Positions 62,858 to 64,000 of a stretch of 64,000 nucleotides of DNA are shown here, in pieces. The notes under the pieces are model-generated. The model was not told where the DNA came from and searched no databases. It was given only the letters and a program-made list of their open reading frames with translations. The DNA is from Candidatus Falkowbacteria bacterium (lineage in GTDB: Bacteria; Patescibacteriota; Patescibacteriia; Patescibacteriales; UBA12075): positions 22,288-86,287 of the forward strand of contig JAZDLN010000028.1 in the NCBI GenBank assembly GCA_043801965.1. The letters are read 5' to 3'. The translations under genes were made by a program, and so were the position numbers. The stretch's first letter is position 1, and every line of letters starts with the position of its first letter.

Positions 62858-64000
62858 ATGAAAAAACGAATTCAGGGAAAGCGGAAAATTAAATTGGTTT
62901 TCTTGAGGACGCTCTACTCCCAGTCCGGCGCTTCTTTGACCATGGGCAACCTGGCATCATATTTAAGGAAGCGCGGTTTTGACGCGGTTTTATGTTTTCT
63001 GGAAAGAAACGACCTGCACGCTGCCGAAAAAATTCTGACCGGCGGAGCGGATATGATCATAGCCAAGCCGAATTTTAAGGACTATCGGGACCTGCTTCCG
63101 CTTCTAAAGGAGATCAGGCTCCAAAATCGGACCGAACGTGTCTTTTTATGCGGTCCTTTCGCCGTTTTGAACGCCGAGGGCATAATGGCGGAAAACGAAT
63201 GGCTTGACGGCGTGATTACCGGCGCTCTTGAAGAAACGGCCGCCGATCTTTTACGGTCGCTCTGCGCCGGCAAACCAGATCCGGACATGGCCGGAGGCGT
63301 TTGGCGCCTCTTCGGAGAGATAACCCGGAAGAAGGTCAGACCGGCCGCGATCTCCTTTAACGACATGCCGCCGCCGGCACGGGATATCGAAGAGAAAGAG
63401 GCTGTCCGCTACGCCAACGTCGAAGCCAGCCGGGGCTGTCCCCACCGGTGCAGCTTCTGCCATAACCCGCTTATGACCCGATTCAACCGCCCGCGGGGCA
63501 GGGTAGAAGTGAGGAGTCCGGAAAAAGTGGTTGATGAGATCGAATATCTTAATAAAAAACTCGGCAAATCCCTTTTTATCTTCAATGATGATTGTTTTTG
63601 GCGCGGTCCGGCCGACGATCGCCGGATATTGAATTTCTGCCGGGAGATAAAAAAGCGCCGGCTCAGGATAAAGTATTACGTTTATCTTAGATGCGACCCC
63701 TTCGTCGGCGCGAAAGTCCTTAAGGCCATGCGCGAAACCGGACTGGTCCGGGTATTTTTGGGACTCGAGAACGTAGCGGCGGGAACCCAGAAAAAGTTCA
63801 ACAAGGGATTCGTGCCCGACAAATTCCGCGAAGTAAAATCAACTCTGGAAAAGAACGGGATAAATTATCATATCGGCTATATAGTTTTCGAGCCGTATTC
63901 TAATTTGCGCGACATCCGGAAAAACATAGATTATTTGCACGGCCTGGGAAAATTATTCCGTTTAGGCATATTGATCGAGCCTGTCCGGATCATTCCGGGC
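62858..64000 (+). CDS. B12-binding-domain radical SAM protein, 3' end beyond the window
   Basis: Not in the ORF track because it is open-ended. My manual translation from ATG 62858 gives 381 codons with no stop to the window end. It contains ANVEASRGCPHRCSFCHNP (CxxxCxxC) after a B12-binding-like N-terminal domain. Confidence 0.8.
   Translation, partial: MKKRIQGKRKIKLVFLRTLYSQSGASLTMGNLASYLRKRGFDAVLCFLERNDLHAAEKILTGGADMIIAKPNFKDYRDLLPLLKEIRLQNRTERVFLCGPFAVLNAEGIMAENEWLDGVITGALEETAADLLRSLCAGKPDPDMAGGVWRLFGEITRKKVRPAAISFNDMPPPARDIEEKEAVRYANVEASRGCPHRCSFCHNPLMTRFNRPRGRVEVRSPEKVVDEIEYLNKKLGKSLFIFNDDCFWRGPADDRRILNFCREIKKRRLRIKYYVYLRCDPFVGAKVLKAMRETGLVRVFLGLENVAAGTQKKFNKGFVPDKFREVKSTLEKNGINYHIGYIVFEPYSNLRDIRKNIDYLHGLGKLFRLGILIEPVRIIPG

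Overview
This 64-kb window looks like it comes from a small-genome, uncultivated bacterium. A CPR/Patescibacteria-like origin is my inference. It rests on an spc-type ribosomal operon with no L30 gene between S5 and L15, many short lineage-specific ORFs, and standard stop codons including TGA. All calls come from reading the supplied translations and the DNA by eye; no searches were run and no statistics were computed.

Gene content, left to right:
- 1-5.4 kb: rplE-rpsN(Z)-rpsH-rplF-[tlyA-like methyltransferase]-rplR-rpsE-rplO-secY.
- 5.9-12 kb: a MacB/FtsX-type ABC pair, then map, ruvX and recO.
- 12-19 kb: a T-box(Asp) leader plus aspS, a three-gene 2-oxoacid:ferredoxin oxidoreductase on the minus strand, and asnS.
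- 19-31 kb: accessory and housekeeping genes (flavodoxin, nucleotidase, MlaC-like, scpA/scpB, D-Ala-D-Ala carboxypeptidase, tpiA, fba).
- 31.0 kb: tRNA-Thr(GGU), followed by a roughly 7-kb strongly AT-rich island.
- 38-43 kb: envelope and lipoprotein genes and an M49-like peptidase.
- 43.4-47.8 kb: an SPFH protein translationally coupled to a double-AAA+/Lon-protease fusion.
- 47.9-49.0 kb: a CX3CX2C Fe-S protein plus a YunG-like protein.
- 49.2 kb: tRNA-Tyr(GUA), followed by a 1.7-kb AT-rich insertion bracketed by about 48-bp direct repeats.
- 51-64 kb: a 7TM-PAS sensor, tdh-kbl-gcvT-ald, a Trx-like/DsbB pair, greA, an ndk-like gene, a GT2, a NUDIX hydrolase and a 3'-truncated B12/radical-SAM gene that is missing from the ORF track.

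Best candidates for something new:
1. The island operon at 31482-37778. It pairs a 1518-aa DUF4011-like/SF1B helicase/Vsr-like nuclease/zinc-ribbon protein with an OLD-family ABC-ATPase/Toprim nuclease. This is a Gabija-like or class-2-OLD-like pairing with a non-canonical partner.
2. The SPFH + AAA-AAA-Lon operon at 43427-47778.

Intergenic regions also carry a recurring theme of heptanucleotide tandem arrays with inverted partners.
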